Source: Pecten maximus (Eukaryota). From it: 64,000 bases of DNA. Position 1 is the stretch's first letter. Each line of letters starts with the position of its first letter. Shown here in pieces: positions 62,001 through 64,000 of this stretch. Location: the NCBI RefSeq assembly GCF_902652985.1, contig NC_047027.1:5456001-5520000 (forward strand), in the 5' to 3' direction. A program made the position numbers and the translations under genes. Below the pieces are notes generated by a model that saw only the letters and a list, made by a program, of their open reading frames with translations, searched no databases and was not told the DNA's origin.

Positions 62001-64000
62001 CAGTGTGGAGTTGTCCGAGTTGTGATGTAAGGTCTGACAGAGTCACAGTGGAGTTGTAGGAGTTGTGATGTAAGGTCTGACAGAGTCAGTGTGGAGTTGT
62101 AGGAGTTGTGATGTAAGGTCTGACAGAGTCAGTGTGGAGTTGTAGGAGTTGTGATGTAAGGTCTGACAGAGTCACAGTGTGGAGTTGTGATGTAAGGTCT
62201 GACAGAGTCACAGTGTGGAGTTGTGATGTAAGGTCTGACAGAGCCAGTGTGGAGTTGTAGGAGTTGTGATGTAAGGTCTGACAGAGCCAGTGTGGAGTTG
62301 TAGGAGTTGTGATGTAAGGTCTGACAGAGTCAGTGTGGAGTTGTAGGAGTTGTGATGTAAGGTCTGACAGAGTCACAGTGTGGAGTTGTAGGAGTTGTGA
62401 TGTAAGGTCTGACAGAGTCAGTGTGGAGTTGTAGGAGTTGTGATGTAAGGTCTGACAGAGTCAGTGTGGAGTTGTGATGTAAGGTCTGACAGAGCCAGTG
62501 TGGAGTTGTAGGAGTTGTGATGTAAGGTCTGACAGAGTCAGTGTGGAGTTGTAGGAGTTGTGATGTAAGGTCTGACAGAGTCAGTGTGGAGTTGTAGGAG
62601 TTGTGATGTAAGGTCTGACAGAGTCACAGTGTGGAGTTGTAGGAGTTGTGATGTAAGGTCTGACAGAGTCAGTGTGGAGTTGTAGGAGTTGTGATGTAAG
62701 GTCTGACAGAGCCAGTGTGGAGTTGTCGGAGTTGTGATGTAAGGTCTGACAGAGCCAGTGTGGAGTTGTCAGAGTTGTGATGTAAGGTCTGACAGAGTCA
62801 GCGTGGAGTTGTTGGAGTTGTGATGTAAGGTCTGACAGAGCCAGTGTGGAGTTGTAGGAGTTGTGATGTAAGGTCTGACAGAGCCAGTGTGGAGTTGTCG
62901 GAGTTGTGATGTAAGGTCTGACAGAGCCAGTGTGGAGTTGTAGGAGTTGTGATGTAAGGTCTGACAGAGTCAGTGTGGAGTTGTGATGTAAGGTCTGACA
63001 GAGTCAGTGTGGAGTTGTGATGTAAGGTCTGACAGAGCCAGTGTGGAGTTGTGATGTAAGGTCTGACAGAGCCAGTGTGGAGTTGTAGGAGTTGTGATGT
63101 AAGGTCTGACAGAGCCAGTGTGGAGTTGTCGGAGTTGTGATGTAAGGTCTGACAGAGCCAGTGTGGAGTTGTAGGAGTTGTGATGTAAGGTCTGACAGAG
63201 TCAGTGTGGAGTTGTGATGTAAGGTCTGACAGAGTCAGTGTGGAGTTGTGATGTAAGGTCTGACAGAGCCAGTGTGGAGTTGTGATGTAAGGTCTGACAG
63301 AGTCAGTGTGGAGTTGTCGGAGTTGTGATGTAAGGTCTGACAGAGTCACAGTGTGGAGTTGTCGGAGTTGTGATGTAAGGTCTGACAGAGTCACAGTGGA
63401 GTTGTAGGAGTTGTGATGTAAGGTCTGATAGAGCCAGTGTGGAGTTGTCAGAGTTGTAATGTAAGGTCTGACAGAGCCAGTGTGGAGTTGTTGGAGTTGT
63501 GATGTAAGGTCTGACAGAGTCAGTGTGGAGTTGTAGGAGTTGTGATGTAAGGTCTGACAGAGTCAGTGTGGAGTTGTAGGAGTTGTGATGTAAGGTCTGA
63601 CAGAGCCAGTGTGGAGTTGTAGGAGTTGTGATGTAAGGTCTGACAGAGCCAGTGTGGAGTTGTGATGTAAGGTCTGACAGAGTCAGTGTGGAGTTGTCAG
63701 AGTTGTGATGTAAGGTCTGACAGAGCCAGTGTGGAGTTGTGATGTAAGGTCTGACAGAGCCAGTGTGGAGTTGTAGGAGTTGTGATGTAAGGTCTGACAG
63801 AGTCAGTGTGGAGTTGTAGGAGTTGTGATGTAAGGTCTGACAGAGTCAGCGTGGAGTTGTAGGAGTTGTGATGTAAGGTCTGACAGAGCCAGTGTGGAGT
63901 TGTAGGAGTTGTGATGTAAGGTCTGACAGAGCCAGTGTGGAGTTGTGATGTAAGGTCTGACAGAGTCAGTGTGGAGTTGTAGGAGTTGTGATGTAAGGTC
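59095..64000. repeat. 43-bp minisatellite (GTGGAGTTGTAGGAGTTGTGATGTAAGGTCTGACAGAGTCAGT) with 34-bp deletion variants, over 110 copies, truncated by the window end
   Basis: Periodicity; 9-bp GGAGTTGTA sub-repeat present or absent. Confidence 0.98.

Overview
Eukaryotic, non-coding, AT-rich and CpG-poor DNA. The mobile elements (V-type and Meta/MESC-type tRNA SINEs, Helentron-associated HINE/pearl-like elements) point to a bivalve mollusc, probably a scallop; this is inferred from remembered family features, not from a search. No protein-coding exon, rRNA, intact tRNA or CRISPR array can be supported. Every long ORF is a translation of a tandem repeat. Roughly 45% of the window consists of about 30 distinct minisatellite arrays (units 14-71 bp), several with higher-order structure. 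Clearest elements: a complete 1.3-kb HINE with 155-bp internal repeats and a duplicated 5' hairpin, inserted without TSD into a 38-bp minisatellite; a V-SINE with a 9-bp TSD; and a 175-bp CAGGG-ended MITE with a 5-bp TSD. The most interesting pattern is that many unrelated monomers carry a short perfect stem-loop whose variants often fall in the loop, and several arrays appear to have been seeded inside transposon parts. Together these suggest a hairpin/transposon-driven minisatellite-generating process. All counts and coordinates were read by eye.
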